64,000 bases of DNA from Acidimicrobiia bacterium (GTDB taxonomy: Bacteria > Actinomycetota > Acidimicrobiia > Spongiisociales > ZC4RG35), in the NCBI GenBank assembly GCA_965215185.1, contig OZ244034.1, positions 2,208,001 through 2,272,000 of the forward strand, written 5' to 3'. The stretch's first letter is position 1; the number at the start of each line of letters is the position of its first letter. A program made the position numbers and the translations under genes. Below are positions 38,737-50,359 of the stretch, in pieces. The notes beneath the pieces were generated by a model. It did no database searches. It saw nothing but the letters and a program-made list of their open reading frames with translations, and was not told the DNA's origin.

Positions 38737-39507
38737 ATGCAACACCCCCACGGCACTTTCTGTTGGATGGACATCTATCTGCCCGATCCCGAGCGGGGTA
38801 AGGCCTTTTATAGCAACATGTTCGGTTGGGAGTGGACGGATGTTCCCATGGGCGGTTCTGGGATGTCATACACCATGTTCAGCCTGGACGGGAAGACCGT
38901 TGGGGCGCTCGGACCACAGATGCCGGGCATGTTTCCCGAAGGTGTGCCGCCCTGCTGGTTCTCTTACATCGCCACCGACAATTTGGACGCCACTGCCGAA
39001 CGGGCAAGAGATCTGGGAGCAACCTTCCTCATGGGCCCGGCCGACGTGGGCAACGGACGGGTGGCCTTGTTGCAGGATTCGGGCGGGGCCGCCGTCTTTC
39101 TATGGCAGGCGCTGGAATTCGGCGGAGCACAAGTCGTCCGTGCTCCAGGCGCCATGGCTTGGAACGAGCTCTACACCAAGGATCTGCAAGCCACAAAAGA
39201 CTTTTACGGTGGCTTGTTCGGCTGGGAGTGGACCAGCATGCCCATCCCTCAAGGTGGCGCATACCATGTGGCCAACCTGGGAGACACACACGTGGCCGGT
39301 GTGTTGGTCATGGATGAGAGTTGGGGCGAGATCCCCCCTCACTGGATGGTCTACATCCAGGTGGAGGACGCCGATGCGGCGGCCGCCAAGGTGACGAGCC
39401 TCGGAGGAGATGTCTGCGTCCCGGTGACGGAGATCGCGGTTGGCAGGTTCGCGGTGGTCAACGACGACCAAAAGGGAACATTCACCATCTTCGAACCGAT
39501 GGGTTGA
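38737..39507 (+). CDS. Two-domain VOC/glyoxalase family protein (CFP32-like)
   Basis: GTFCWMD..PD....FY..MFGW and WNELYTKD....FY..LFGW; AAGGAG RBS. Confidence 0.88.
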   Translation: MQHPHGTFCWMDIYLPDPERGKAFYSNMFGWEWTDVPMGGSGMSYTMFSLDGKTVGALGPQMPGMFPEGVPPCWFSYIATDNLDATAERARDLGATFLMGPADVGNGRVALLQDSGGAAVFLWQALEFGGAQVVRAPGAMAWNELYTKDLQATKDFYGGLFGWEWTSMPIPQGGAYHVANLGDTHVAGVLVMDESWGEIPPHWMVYIQVEDADAAAAKVTSLGGDVCVPVTEIAVGRFAVVNDDQKGTFTIFEPMG

Positions 39508-39840
39508 ACCTTCCCCGAGACTGAGCGAAGCGGCTTCGCAAGTCGGGAAAACTGGCTAAAAGGGCGGCCCGGCAGGGTTAACTTCTTCCAGACCACTGCC
39601 CCATACTGTCAGAACTGCACAAATCCCTCCAGGCCGGTAAGAGCTCTCCGCGGCTGAACTCCCAGAGGTCATAAGAATCCGATTCAGCCCCCATCAAGGC
39701 TGTTTTTAGCGACTTCGACAACGGAACGGTGGCGGTGGGGGAGGGCTCGACAGGGGCCATCGCGGGGTTAACAATCGCGGCATAGTCTTCTCATTTCGCG
39801 ATCTTGCGGGTGGTGATTCTCAAGCAGGGGGCCGATAGGT

Positions 39841-41259
39841 TCAGGCAGACCTTATCCGTCTTAGAGCAGCCTGGGCGGCGTGATAGCCGCACATTCCGTG
39901 GACCCCTCCTCCTGGAGGAGTCGAAGAAGAACACAAATACACTCCTTCGATACCCGTCGCGTAGGGTGATAATCCTGGGAAGGGACCTCTGAGCACCCGC
40001 CTCACCCCCAGGGCGCCGCCTCCGATGTCGCCCCCCACGTAGTTGGGGTTGTAACCCTCCCACTGAGAGGCGACCATGGCGCTGCAGGCCAGGATGGTTT
40101 CCCGAAATCCCGGAGCATGCCGCTCGATCTCGGCCTCCACTGCCGAACGCATATCAACCGAGCTGCCGGAGGGGACATGCGCGTAGGCCCAAAGGGTGTG
40201 TTGACCCTCCGGTGCACGAGAGGGGTCGAACCGAGATGGTTGAGCGGCCACCACAAAGGGTCGATCAGGAATCTCTCCTCTCCACACCTTTCGTTCCGTG
40301 GCGACTATCTGTCGAGATCCGCCCCCCAGATGAAGGACCCCAGCCATCTCCATCCGAGCATCGCTCCAAGGCACCGGCCGCGAAAGGGCCCAATCCAGCT
40401 TGGCCACCCCCGGTCCGTGGTGGAAACCCCGGCCCACCCGCACCTGCCGGCTCAGACTCCCATCCCCCAGCATGTTGGCCAACACCGAGGGGGCGACGTC
40501 GGCCAACACCACCCGAGACGAAGGAAGATCCGCCAAATTCGCCACCCGCCGCCCCGTTTCGATTTCACCGCCCATCGCCATAAAGCAGGAAGCCAATGCA
40601 TCCGCCAAACCTTGGGATCCCCCTGCCACGAAAGGCCAGCCGTACCGATGGCCTGCCACCAACAACAACCACCCCACCCCGGCCGTGAACGGCTTGTGAA
40701 GGGGCATCACCGGATGGGCAGCCGCGCCGGCCACGAGAGCGCGGGCCGCCGCACCTCTGAACCGCCGGATGTCCCAGGAGGCCGGACGAGCAAAAGAAAC
40801 CAGCTTCAATCCCGCCGCGATACCCGGTGGCCGTCGGAGGGCCGGCCCCAAGAGCGGTTGCTCGAGCCGGGACCAGATCCGGTCGATGCTTTCCACCCTC
40901 TTTCGGTAGTGGTCGCCATCGGCTCCCAGACCCTCGGCGGTCTCCCGGATCGAACGCTTCAGCAGCACCACCTCCCCATCGTCAAGTGGATGAGCCAGCG
41001 CCGCTGGTGGATGAATCCAGCGCAGTCCGTGCTCCGCTAACCGAAGGCGACGAAACACAGGAGATCCCCGACCCAGAGGGTGGGCCGTGGCGCACACATC
41101 ATGACGGAACCCCGAAAGAGTCAATTCCGAAGTCCGGCACCCACCCCCGACGGTCTGCATAGCCTCCACCAATAGCGTTGAACACCCCGCCTCCGCCAAG
41201 GTAATGGCCGCGGCCAACCCGTTCGGACCTGCTCCGATTACTACCGCGTCATAGCGCAT
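39841..41259 (-). CDS. Phytoene-dehydrogenase-like FAD-dependent oxidoreductase
   Basis: VIGAGPNGL, VGGG.R, NPNYVGGDI and YLCSSSTPPGGGVHGMCG. Confidence 0.88.
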   Translation of the reverse strand: MRYDAVVIGAGPNGLAAAITLAEAGCSTLLVEAMQTVGGGCRTSELTLSGFRHDVCATAHPLGRGSPVFRRLRLAEHGLRWIHPPAALAHPLDDGEVVLLKRSIRETAEGLGADGDHYRKRVESIDRIWSRLEQPLLGPALRRPPGIAAGLKLVSFARPASWDIRRFRGAAARALVAGAAAHPVMPLHKPFTAGVGWLLLVAGHRYGWPFVAGGSQGLADALASCFMAMGGEIETGRRVANLADLPSSRVVLADVAPSVLANMLGDGSLSRQVRVGRGFHHGPGVAKLDWALSRPVPWSDARMEMAGVLHLGGGSRQIVATERKVWRGEIPDRPFVVAAQPSRFDPSRAPEGQHTLWAYAHVPSGSSVDMRSAVEAEIERHAPGFRETILACSAMVASQWEGYNPNYVGGDIGGGALGVRRVLRGPFPGLSPYATGIEGVYLCSSSTPPGGGVHGMCGYHAAQAALRRIRSA

Positions 41260-41313
41260 ATCCGCAACTGACGGTAGCTAGAAGTTCCCCCTTGCAACGA
41301 GGTCGTGAACAGA

Positions 41314-42669
41314 TCAAGAGGGAAGCGTCGGTTTCTCCATACTGGGAACCCGCAGGATGAAAGAGGACCCCTCCCCCAGCAAACTCTTCACCGTCACCTT
41401 GCCTCCGTGCCGCTCGACCACGTGTTTGACGATCGCCAAACCCAATCCGGTGCCGCCGGTTCGCCGGGAGCGGGCTACATCCACTCGATAGAACCGCTCG
41501 AAGATCCGACCCAGATCGCGCCCGGGAATTCCCATCCCGGTGTCGGTAACCATCAGGATCGCATCACCGCCCGACACATCCAGTGACACCTCGATTCTCC
41601 CGCCTTCCTCGGTATAGCGAAGGGCGTTGTCACAGAGATTTCGAATGGCCAAACCCAGTTCGGCGGAGGACCCTTTAACCTCCACAGGCGCCGTGTGCAG
41701 CAACAGATCGATGCTCTTGCCCTGGGCGGCTCCCATAAAAGACTCGACCTCGGTCTGCACCACTTCCTCCAGATCGATTTCTTCCGCGCTCGGATCCTGA
41801 CTCTCCAGGCGAGATAGATCCAAGAGATCTGTGATCAATCGGGACATACGCAACCCCGCGGAGGAAATCTGCTCGGCAAACATTCGGCTTGACTCCGGGT
41901 CTCGATCCAAGGCAATCTCCAGTGCCTCGGCGGAGGCGAGAATGGAGGCGAGGGGAGTCTTGAGTTCGTGGGAGGCATCGGTTACAAAGTCGCGTCGCAT
42001 GGTCTCCACCCGCCGCGTTTCGGTTAGATCCAAAATGATGACCAGCGCCCGACCCTTGGTGTCCATGGCAATGGCTCTGACCCCCAAGGTCCGCTGCGGA
42101 TAGCCGCGGGTCATCGTCTCTTCAAAGGGTTCATCGCTTTGTCGGACCTTTCGTACCAAAGCCTCTATCGAACGCAACGCCAGACGACCTGACGGGTCTG
42201 CGACCATGCCCAGCATCTGACGGCAGGCCGAGTTGGAATATGCCACCCGGTTGTCTGCCTCCACCAGCAACACTCCCCCAGGTAAGGCCTCCAGCACCAC
42301 CTCCAATAGCGACCGCTCGCTGAGAAGGGCCTCTTCGCTGCTGCGGAAGCGTTGTCTGGCATCGTGAAGGGATACCGCCAAGCTGTCCAACTCTTCAATG
42401 CCCACCGGGACCGGTGGAGATTCAGGGCCGTCTCCCAAAAGGTCGGATGCCGTCCTGCCCAATCCGATCATGGCGCTGCGGAGCCTGAAAAGCGCCAGAC
42501 CGTAGATGGTCAGAAACACGCCTGCACAGATAATGCCGGCCAGCCACCCCGACAGTTCCAGGATCCCTCCCAGCACCACCCACAGAGCCGCTGACACTCC
42601 CATAGCCAACGCCATCCTCACCACCAGATGGCGAGTCAACCGGTAACACCGACGCCCGCTAGGACGCAC
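41314..42669 (-). CDS. senX3: Sensor histidine kinase (SenX3/PhoR-like)
   Basis: RRDFVTDASHELKTP, NLCDNA.RY, DTGMGIP, IFERFYRVD and GTGLGL. Start uncertain. Confidence 0.85.
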   Translation of the reverse strand: MRPSGRRCYRLTRHLVVRMALAMGVSAALWVVLGGILELSGWLAGIICAGVFLTIYGLALFRLRSAMIGLGRTASDLLGDGPESPPVPVGIEELDSLAVSLHDARQRFRSSEEALLSERSLLEVVLEALPGGVLLVEADNRVAYSNSACRQMLGMVADPSGRLALRSIEALVRKVRQSDEPFEETMTRGYPQRTLGVRAIAMDTKGRALVIILDLTETRRVETMRRDFVTDASHELKTPLASILASAEALEIALDRDPESSRMFAEQISSAGLRMSRLITDLLDLSRLESQDPSAEEIDLEEVVQTEVESFMGAAQGKSIDLLLHTAPVEVKGSSAELGLAIRNLCDNALRYTEEGGRIEVSLDVSGGDAILMVTDTGMGIPGRDLGRIFERFYRVDVARSRRTGGTGLGLAIVKHVVERHGGKVTVKSLLGEGSSFILRVPSMEKPTLPS

Positions 42670-43372
42670 TTACAAACTTGTAGCCGAGGCCTCGCACGGT
42701 GAGCAGGTAGCAAGGCTTTGAGTAGTCTGCTTCGATCTTGTGACGAAGCCGCTTGACGTGAACGTCCAAGGTTCTGGTGTCGCCATAGAAGGAGACGCCC
42801 CACACCTCATCCAACAACTGTTCCCGGGTAACCAGCCGATCCTTGCGACGCAGCAAAGACTCCAGAAGATCGAACTCCTTGGGTCGCAGAGACACCACCT
42901 CACCTTTGACTCTCACTTCGTGGGCATCCACATCCAACTCCACGGGCCCACCTCGCAGCACCTCGTTGGTGTCGGACATCAAACCCGAACGCGCCGCTCG
43001 GCGTAAGTGGGAACGGACCCGAGCGATCAACTCTCTCATGGAAAACGGCTTGGTTACATAGTCGTCGGCGCCCAATTCCAGACCTGCCACTTTGTCGGCT
43101 TCGGAATCGCGGGCGCTCAAAACGATGATGGGTACATCACAAAACGTCCTGATCTCTCTACACACATCCAGGCCCGAACCGCCGGGAAGCATCACATCCA
43201 GCAACACCAGCGATGGAGGGCGACGCCTCACCAAGGCAAGGGCCTCACGAACGGTATGTGCCACTTCCACCGACATCCCCTCCGTTTGCAGAGCGTAGGA
43301 GACGGATTCGGCGATGGCGGGTTCATCCTCCACCACCAAAATGCGGTGGGTTACCTCAGTTGTCTGAACCAT
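42659..43372 (-). CDS. regX3: OmpR-family response regulator (RegX3/PhoP-like)
   Basis: VVEDE, LLDVMLPG, GADDYVTKPF and DTRTLDVHVKRLR. Confidence 0.88.
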   Translation of the reverse strand: MVQTTEVTHRILVVEDEPAIAESVSYALQTEGMSVEVAHTVREALALVRRRPPSLVLLDVMLPGGSGLDVCREIRTFCDVPIIVLSARDSEADKVAGLELGADDYVTKPFSMRELIARVRSHLRRAARSGLMSDTNEVLRGGPVELDVDAHEVRVKGEVVSLRPKEFDLLESLLRRKDRLVTREQLLDEVWGVSFYGDTRTLDVHVKRLRHKIEADYSKPCYLLTVRGLGYKFVSAS

Positions 43373-44042
43373 TATCGGGAATGCGCAGGAACTCCTGATG
43401 ATCGCCGGTCATCAGAAAGGCCACCTGCTCTCCGATGTCAACCGCCTGGTCGCCAACCCTCTCCAAGGCGCGGGACACCAAAATCATGCGGGTAGCCCAC
43501 TCCAGAAGTTGTGAGTCATGTCCGCAGGCTACCACATGCTTCCACATCCCTCGGTTCAGAACATCCACCGGAACATCCATGGCAGGCAGCAGGAGACATT
43601 CATCGGCGTCCCGACGGACGAAGGCATCGATGGCAGTGCGGATCATCGGCTTCAGCAAATCGCCCATCTCCTGCACCTTGGCCAAGATGGTCTCCTCCCG
43701 TGGCAGACCGGCGGTGACGCGGGCGATGCGAGCGATGTTGACCGACTGGTCGCCCATCCGCTCCAAAGTGTTGTTGAGTTCCAAGATGGCGGCCATCATT
43801 CGCAGGTCCCTTCCCATGGGCTGCTGGCGAGCCATGATCTGCATCCACCGGGCCCGGATGTCCATGTAGAGACCGTCGACGATGTCATCGGAGGCAATCA
43901 CCTCCGAAACCAGATCCTGATCGGAAGTCACCAGCGCACGGACCGCCATGCCCACCATCGTTTCCACCCGATCGGCCATGCTCAAGGTGGTCTCTTCGAG
44001 ACTCTTGAGAGCAGCGTGGAAAGCGGGGCGCTGATCGGTCAT
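43356..44042 (-). CDS. phoU: Phosphate transport regulator
   Basis: [17 protein letters not shown] and RALERVGD. Confidence 0.93.
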   Translation of the reverse strand: MTDQRPAFHAALKSLEETTLSMADRVETMVGMAVRALVTSDQDLVSEVIASDDIVDGLYMDIRARWMQIMARQQPMGRDLRMMAAILELNNTLERMGDQSVNIARIARVTAGLPREETILAKVQEMGDLLKPMIRTAIDAFVRRDADECLLLPAMDVPVDVLNRGMWKHVVACGHDSQLLEWATRMILVSRALERVGDQAVDIGEQVAFLMTGDHQEFLRIPDNGSDN

Positions 44043-44902
44043 CCGAACCGTCCTGTGATGTAATCCTCGGTTTCCTTCTTGGAGGGGGCGGTGAAAACCC
44101 GATCGGTCAAGTCGTATTCGACCAGCCGGCCGGTGCGCTGGCCCGTCTCTCCCACATCCACCGAGAAAAACGCCGTGCGGTCGCTGACCCGGGCGGCCTG
44201 TTGCATGTTGTGCGTGACCACCACCAGGGTGTAATGCTCCTTCAACTCCCTCATAAGGGTCTCGATCCGATAAGTGGCGATCGGATCAAGCGCCGAGCAC
44301 GGCTCGTCCATCAGCACCACATCCGGGCTGGTGGCGATGGCGCGGGCAATGCACAGCCTCTGCTGCTGGCCACCACTTAGCTCTAAGGCCGAATTGTGCA
44401 ATTCGTCCTTGACCTCATCCCACAGGGCGGCCTTAACCAGGGTTTCTTCCACCAAATCGTCGAAATTTCCCTTCCAGCCGGCCACCTTCGGGCCGAACAC
44501 GACGTTCTCGTAAACGGACTTGGGGAAGGGGTTGGGCTTTTGAAACACCATCCCGATACGACGACGCACCTCTACCGCGTCCACTGCCGACCCGTATAGG
44601 TCGATCCCGTGGTATCGAACCTTGCCCTCAACCCTCGCTCCGTCGATCAGATCGTTCATCCTGTTCAGACAACGCAGAACCGTGGACTTTCCGCATCCCG
44701 ACGGGCCGATGAGAGCGGTGATCTCGTGTTCAATGATGTCCAGCGAAGTATCCGCCACTGCATGAAAAGCACGGTAGTAAACATTCAAGTCGCTGATCGC
44801 AAAGATGACGGGTGAGCCCACCAAAGTACCTGAACTGGAGGGCGGACCGGGTGAAACCGCACCTTTTACCACAGTGGGCAGCGTTTCCATGAGGGTTGAC
44901 AT
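44039..44902 (-). CDS. pstB: Phosphate ABC transporter ATPase
   Basis: [29 protein letters not shown] and EDYITGRFG. Confidence 0.96.
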   Translation of the reverse strand: MSTLMETLPTVVKGAVSPGPPSSSGTLVGSPVIFAISDLNVYYRAFHAVADTSLDIIEHEITALIGPSGCGKSTVLRCLNRMNDLIDGARVEGKVRYHGIDLYGSAVDAVEVRRRIGMVFQKPNPFPKSVYENVVFGPKVAGWKGNFDDLVEETLVKAALWDEVKDELHNSALELSGGQQQRLCIARAIATSPDVVLMDEPCSALDPIATYRIETLMRELKEHYTLVVVTHNMQQAARVSDRTAFFSVDVGETGQRTGRLVEYDLTDRVFTAPSKKETEDYITGRFG

Positions 44903-44945
44903 TTCTTCTCCCTGATCAAGAGTCGTCTTGCATCTTTTGTGGCAT

Positions 44946-45914
44946 TCACTTTATTCTGCGTCGTTCCACCGCGTCGCGGGCCAGGATCGTCCCGGTGTTC
45001 ACCACCAGCAAAATTACCAGCAACGCCACGATCGCAGCCGCCGTCAAGGCAACATATTCCTGTTGGGGCTGGCGAGACCAGTTGTAGATAATGATGGGCA
45101 AAGCGGTGTATTTCTCCCCGAAAACCAGTCCGGTTATCGGCGTGCCCTCGGGGGCGGCAAAAAAGGTGGACAGCACGGCGCCCGCCAAGAGCAACGGCGC
45201 CGACTCTCCGAAAGCTCTGGCCAGGGTAAGCACCGAACCGGTGAAAATCGCCGGGGTGGCCACCGGCAACACATGGTGACGGATAGTCTGCCAGGATGTG
45301 GCGCCCACCCCATAGGAGGCCTCGCGAAGGGCCATTGGGACCGCCCGCAACGCTTCCTGGGTGGTGATCACCATTATCGACAGCACCAGCATCGACAGGG
45401 TAAGACCTCCGGCGATCAGGGTCCGCCCGCTGACCTGCCCCACCAGTCCCTCCAAGATCAGCTTCACGAAAACGGTCAACCCCAAAAGGCCGTAGACGAT
45501 AGAGGGAACTCCGGCAAGGTTGCGAACGTTGGCAACCAGTAGGCGGGTGAGTCGGGTATCCCGAGCGTATTCCTCAAGGTAAATGGCGGCAGCCACCCCC
45601 AGCGGGAAAGAAAGCACCACCACGATCAGGGTCAGCATCACCGACCCGAAGATCCCTTGGATGATTCCCGTCTCGGCCGGCCGGGGCGAGAGATCGTTGG
45701 TGATCACCGACCACCCCCGCTCTTGCCAGACCGGCATCGACTTGCTCACCACATCCCACAGCAAAACCACCAGAATCGCCAGGGACGCCAACATGGCAAT
45801 CAGCAGCGTCAGCGCCACCAGGGGATTGATGATGTTGATCTTGCGGCCTTCCAACGCTCTGCGAAGCATCTCCTGGGTAACGGCGGGACCGGAACCTATG
45901 GTGCGAGCAGCCAC
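44946..45914 (-). CDS. pstA: Phosphate ABC transporter permease
   Basis: [21 protein letters not shown] and [10 protein letters not shown]. Confidence 0.95.
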   Translation of the reverse strand: MAARTIGSGPAVTQEMLRRALEGRKINIINPLVALTLLIAMLASLAILVVLLWDVVSKSMPVWQERGWSVITNDLSPRPAETGIIQGIFGSVMLTLIVVVLSFPLGVAAAIYLEEYARDTRLTRLLVANVRNLAGVPSIVYGLLGLTVFVKLILEGLVGQVSGRTLIAGGLTLSMLVLSIMVITTQEALRAVPMALREASYGVGATSWQTIRHHVLPVATPAIFTGSVLTLARAFGESAPLLLAGAVLSTFFAAPEGTPITGLVFGEKYTALPIIIYNWSRQPQQEYVALTAAAIVALLVILLVVNTGTILARDAVERRRIK

Positions 45915-45933
45915 TCTTCCTCCTTCAACAGTT

Positions 45934-46884
45934 CTAGTACTTCTGCCGGAAACGGCGCACCAGCCGCTCGCTTCCGATGTTGAGAACCAGCGTCATCAAA
46001 AACAGCAGGAGACCCACAAAAAAGAGGCTCTGAAAGGCTCCCACTCCCCCGACCACCTGATCGGAACCGATGGCTAGAGAAGCCATGGCGCCGGTCATGG
46101 TCTGACCCCCGTTCAGCGGGTTCAGCTGCAAAAGCGACCCGCCGGTCGCCCCGGCGGCGATCGCCACCACCATCGTCTCTCCGATCGACCGGGACAGACC
46201 CAGTATCAGAGCGGCCACAATCCCGGACAGAGCGGCGGGAAACACCACCCGCAATGAGGTGTGCCACTTCTTGGCGCCCAATCCATAGGAGGCTTCACGA
46301 AGTGCTCGCGGCACCGCCTGCATGGCGTCCTCGGAAACCGACGACACCAGGGGAATTATCAGTATTCCCACCCCGATCCCCGCCGCCATCAGGTTCGACT
46401 GCTGTGTCGTATCCCAAATGTTGCGGAGTAGGTCAGGGGTGATGAAACGAAGCGCGAAATATCCGAGCACCACACTTGGAATCCCGGCCAGAATCTCCAG
46501 GACCGGTTTGAGCACCCGCCTGACTCCAGGCTTGGCGTATTCGCTCAGATACACCGCCGCGCCCAAGCCGAGCGGGGTGGCAACCACCATGGCGATGGCC
46601 GAAACCACCAAGGTATGCCAGATGACGGTTCTCAGATCGAATCGATCCCGACGGGGAAACCACCCATCGGCGAACAGCGAACCCAGACCTTCATCTGCCT
46701 CGGAGGCGATGCTTTGCAAGAAGGCCACCGCCTCCCCAAGCAAGCTGAGCACGATGGTGATGCTCACCAAGATTGTGAAGACGGCGGCCGACAGGAACAC
46801 CCACCTCACGTTGCGCTCCCGGCGCAGCCGCCGGGGATCACCGGACAAATCCAGTTCGCCCTGAATACTGGGCATCTCCTCCAA
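45934..46884 (-). CDS. pstC: Phosphate ABC transporter permease
   Basis: LEILAGIPSVV, REASYGLGA and SRSIGETM. Confidence 0.95.
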   Translation of the reverse strand: MEEMPSIQGELDLSGDPRRLRRERNVRWVFLSAAVFTILVSITIVLSLLGEAVAFLQSIASEADEGLGSLFADGWFPRRDRFDLRTVIWHTLVVSAIAMVVATPLGLGAAVYLSEYAKPGVRRVLKPVLEILAGIPSVVLGYFALRFITPDLLRNIWDTTQQSNLMAAGIGVGILIIPLVSSVSEDAMQAVPRALREASYGLGAKKWHTSLRVVFPAALSGIVAALILGLSRSIGETMVVAIAAGATGGSLLQLNPLNGGQTMTGAMASLAIGSDQVVGGVGAFQSLFFVGLLLFLMTLVLNIGSERLVRRFRQKY

Positions 46885-46914
46885 ACTCTATCTCCTGAAG
46901 TACCGGCCTAAACC

Positions 46915-48003
46915 CTACCCAATGGCGCCCCAGGCGGCCTTGGTCGCGGCGATCTCGTCGTCGGGGAGGGTTACGTAGCCTGCTTCGGCGACCGATGAGA
47001 ATCCATCACCCAGGTAGTGGTCCACGAACGAACCCAACGCCGGGTTGTCGACCATACGGTTCAACGAAACATAAATGAACAGAGGACGAGACAACGGATA
47101 AGACCCGTCAGCGATCGACTGGATGGAGGGTGCCATACAACCGTCGCCATCATCGACCTCGATCGCCTTCAACACATCACTGTTCTCAACAAAGAACGCA
47201 AACCCCACCCAACCAAACGAAGTCGGGTTGGAACTGATGTTGTCCACAATCACATTGTCATTGGCCGAAGCCTGATAGTCAGCGCGGGTCGGCTCATCCT
47301 GACCACGCTCCTCAATGATGTCCTCCAACGCCAACTCAACAAAAGCGTCGAACGTGCCCGACTCCTCACCAGGAGCGGTAATCACCAACGAAGCATCCGG
47401 ATAGGGAGCGCCCGAACCGCCCAAACCGGCCGCAGCCAACTCTCCGGCCAGACCGTTGGCGTCCGACCAGGACTGGAAGCCCTCGGACTCCGGACCCACC
47501 AGCGCATACAAGTCACCGGTGTCCAAGCAATTCACAGCAGTGTTGTCAGGCGACGTCAGAACACTGATACCGTCGAAAGCCACTTTCAACTCGACCCATT
47601 CGACACCAGCCTCAGCGCAAGCATCGATCTCCTTTTGCTTTATGGCCCGGGAAGCGTCCGAGACATCGGTCTCACCAGCACAGAACCTCTGGAAACCATC
47701 ACCCGTACCAGGACCCTCAACCGAAATACCCACACCAGGATTAGCAGCGTTGAACTGCTCCGCCACCAAAGCCGTGATCTGCTCCACCGTCGAAGAACCC
47801 GACACCTCAATCGAACCCGAGAGCTGCGTCGTCGCCTCGGTATTGGCCGTACCGGTATCACCACCGGACGCGGTGGTGGCCGACGTAGTTTCCGCGGCGG
47901 CAGAAGCGCCACCACCGTCGTCTCCTCCACAGGCCGCGGCCGTCAACAGCACCGCAACCAGGACTGCTCCTAAGCGGAGAGCATTTTTCTTAGCTGACTT
48001 CAT
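46915..48003 (-). CDS. pstS: Phosphate-binding lipoprotein
   Basis: Lipobox LTAAAC, SGSSTV, GTGDGF, ASR, SGTFD and YPLSRPLF. Confidence 0.93.
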   Translation of the reverse strand: MKSAKKNALRLGAVLVAVLLTAAACGGDDGGGASAAAETTSATTASGGDTGTANTEATTQLSGSIEVSGSSTVEQITALVAEQFNAANPGVGISVEGPGTGDGFQRFCAGETDVSDASRAIKQKEIDACAEAGVEWVELKVAFDGISVLTSPDNTAVNCLDTGDLYALVGPESEGFQSWSDANGLAGELAAAGLGGSGAPYPDASLVITAPGEESGTFDAFVELALEDIIEERGQDEPTRADYQASANDNVIVDNISSNPTSFGWVGFAFFVENSDVLKAIEVDDGDGCMAPSIQSIADGSYPLSRPLFIYVSLNRMVDNPALGSFVDHYLGDGFSSVAEAGYVTLPDDEIAATKAAWGAIG

Positions 48004-48106
48004 CGGAATTCCGACTCCTGTAATCGCCGAATGCGTTGCGGCCCGCAGGATGTTTGGCGGTTTGCGGGGGCGGGTCAACCCATGGCTTCAAAGCTACGGG
48101 AGGTGT

Positions 48107-48146
48107 GTGAACACAGATCTTCGCTCTTTGTGAACGGAACGTGAAT
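48107..48146 (-). promoter_or_regulatory. Putative PHO box upstream of pstS
   Basis: Minus-strand ATTCAC (48146-48141) and GTTCAC (48135-48130) are 11 nt apart, with a third GTTCAC at 48112-48107. Matches the actinobacterial GTTCAC direct-repeat PHO box. Confidence 0.6.
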
Positions 48147-48166
48147 TCTTCGGTTATTTCACAGAG

Positions 48167-50235
48167 TCAGAATCGGGCCCGCGCCCTCGCCTCGGCCAAG
48201 GTCTGCAGTTCCAAGTGGGCAACGCGGCCCCGGGTACCCTTCACCTTCGCCCACTGGGCGTCCGGGCCCAACTCCCAGGCCAGGGTGTCGTCGGCCAATA
48301 ACACTTCGAACATCTCGTCAATGCGGAACCGCAGGTCGGGATCTTCAACCGACACCATCACTTCCACCCGAGAGTCGAGGTTGCGGGGCATCATGTCGGC
48401 CGAACCAATGTAATAGACGACCCGGTCCTCCCTGCTTCCGAACCGGTAGACCCGCGAGTGCTCCAGATATTTGCCTACCAGAGAACGGACCCTGATGTTC
48501 TCCGACATTCCTTTGACACCCGGCACCAGGCAACAAATGCCCCGGACCACCAGATCGATCTGCGCTCCAGCGTTCGAAGCCTGATACAAAGCCTCGATCA
48601 TCGCCTTGTCCAGCAGGGAATTCATCTTCATGGTGATCTCTCCCCCCGGACGGGCCTGAGCCTCGATGAGCTTGAGGAAGCGGGGACGGGTGAAGACGGG
48701 AGAGACCAGGAGCTTGCGGTAATTCGGGTGGCGGCTGTATCCGGTCAGGAAGTTGAAGAGAAAGCTCAAGTCGGCGCCCACCTGTTGATCGCAGGTGAAC
48801 AGGCCCAGATCCTCATAGATGCGGGCGGTCTGCTCGTTGTAATTGCCGGTGCCGATATGGGAGTAACGGCGAATCATCCCCTCCTCCTGTCTCACCACCA
48901 GCGTGATCTTGGTGTGGGTCTTCAAGCCCACCACCCCGTAGACGACGTGAACACCGGTTTCCTCCAGTCGCTGTGCCCAGGTGATGTTGCGGTCTTCGTC
49001 AAAGCGGGCCTTCAACTCCACCAGCGCCACCACTTGCTTGCCCCGGGAGGCGGCCTCCATCAGCGCATTCATGATCACCGAGTGGCTGGAGGTGCGATAC
49101 AAGGTCTGCTTGATGGCCAGTACATCCGGATCGACCGCCGCCTGAGCGATGAACTCCTCCGCTGACGTGGCGAAGGACTCGTAGGGATGATGGACCAGGA
49201 TGTCACCCTCCCGCATGACCTCGAAGAAGTCCAGCTTTTCGCTAAGGCGTCCCGCCAGTCGGGGGTGGGTCACCCATGTCCATGGGGCATACAGCAACTC
49301 CGGTCGGGGGAGGGAAGCCAGGAACCCCAGGTCGGCCAGGTTGAGCACGCCGTCCATGACATACACATCGGCCTCGGTGATCTGCAATTCGCGGGTGAGC
49401 AGATCCAACACCTCGGCGGTCATGGATCCTGCCACCTCCAGACGGATCGCCCGGCCGAACCGTCTCCGGGTCAACTCCGATTCGATGGCGGCCAGAAGAT
49501 CCCCGCCGGCGTCCTCCTCAAGTTCGAAGTCGGCGTTGCGAGTCACCCGAAAGAGGTGATAGTCCCGAATCACCATTCCGGGGAACAGTTGCTCGAGGTG
49601 GGCCGCTATCACCTCATCCAGAGGAACGAACCATCCGGGCTGGGACAGGGGGACGAAAGCCGGCAGGATGGGAGGAATCTTGACGCGGGCAAACCGTAAT
49701 ACCTTGCTTTTCTCCTCCTGCACCTGAATCGCGAGGTTGAGCGACAGGCTGGAGATGTGAGGGAAAGGATGAGCGGGATCCACCGCCAAGGGCGTCAATA
49801 CGGGAAAGACGGTGTCGCGGAAGTATTCATGGAGATGGGAGACCGATTCGTCCTCCAACTCAGCGTAGGTCTTCAGCCCTATCCCCGCCTCCGCCAAGGC
49901 CGGCTCCAAGAGGTTCCGGTAGATCTTGGAGGCGCGCAGGTACTGTTCGGAGGTCTCGGCGCTGATGGCGGAGAGTGTCTGGGCGGCCGTGCGGCCGTCG
50001 GGAGTCGTTACCACCACCCCGTGGGCGATCTGTTCCTTGAGCCCCGCCACTCTCACCTGGAAGAATTCGTCCAGGTTGTTAGCCCAGATGGAAAGAAACC
50101 GAACCTTCTCCAGCAGAGGCATCTCTTCCTGTTCGCACAGGGAAAGTACCCGGCTATTGAAATCCAGCCAGGAGAGCGGCGGCGACGGAGCTCACGGTTC
50201 AGAACACGGGGCGAGGTATCGAGCGGCGGCGTCAG
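48167..50235 (-). pseudogene. ppk1: Polyphosphate kinase 1, frameshifted near N-terminus
   Basis: NLDEFFQVRVAGL, PAHPFP, LVHHPY, ELKARFDE, KTHTK and GSADMMPRNL. A 14-nt insertion at 50174-50187 breaks NREL|SWLDFN. Start uncertain. Confidence 0.85.
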
Positions 50236-50359
50236 AATGTTTCCCTTTGATTTAAGACAATAGAGCCTAGCCTGCGCGGCGATCCGGCACCATAATAGAG
50301 CCGGGCCCGCGGAGACCCTTTCTGGGTATTGCAATGTCTTTGATATTCTTTGTACTGGT

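Noticed and set aside
39578-39760. 60-aa ORF between VOC and oxidoreductase genes
   Set aside because: No recognisable motif or RBS, so it cannot be supported.
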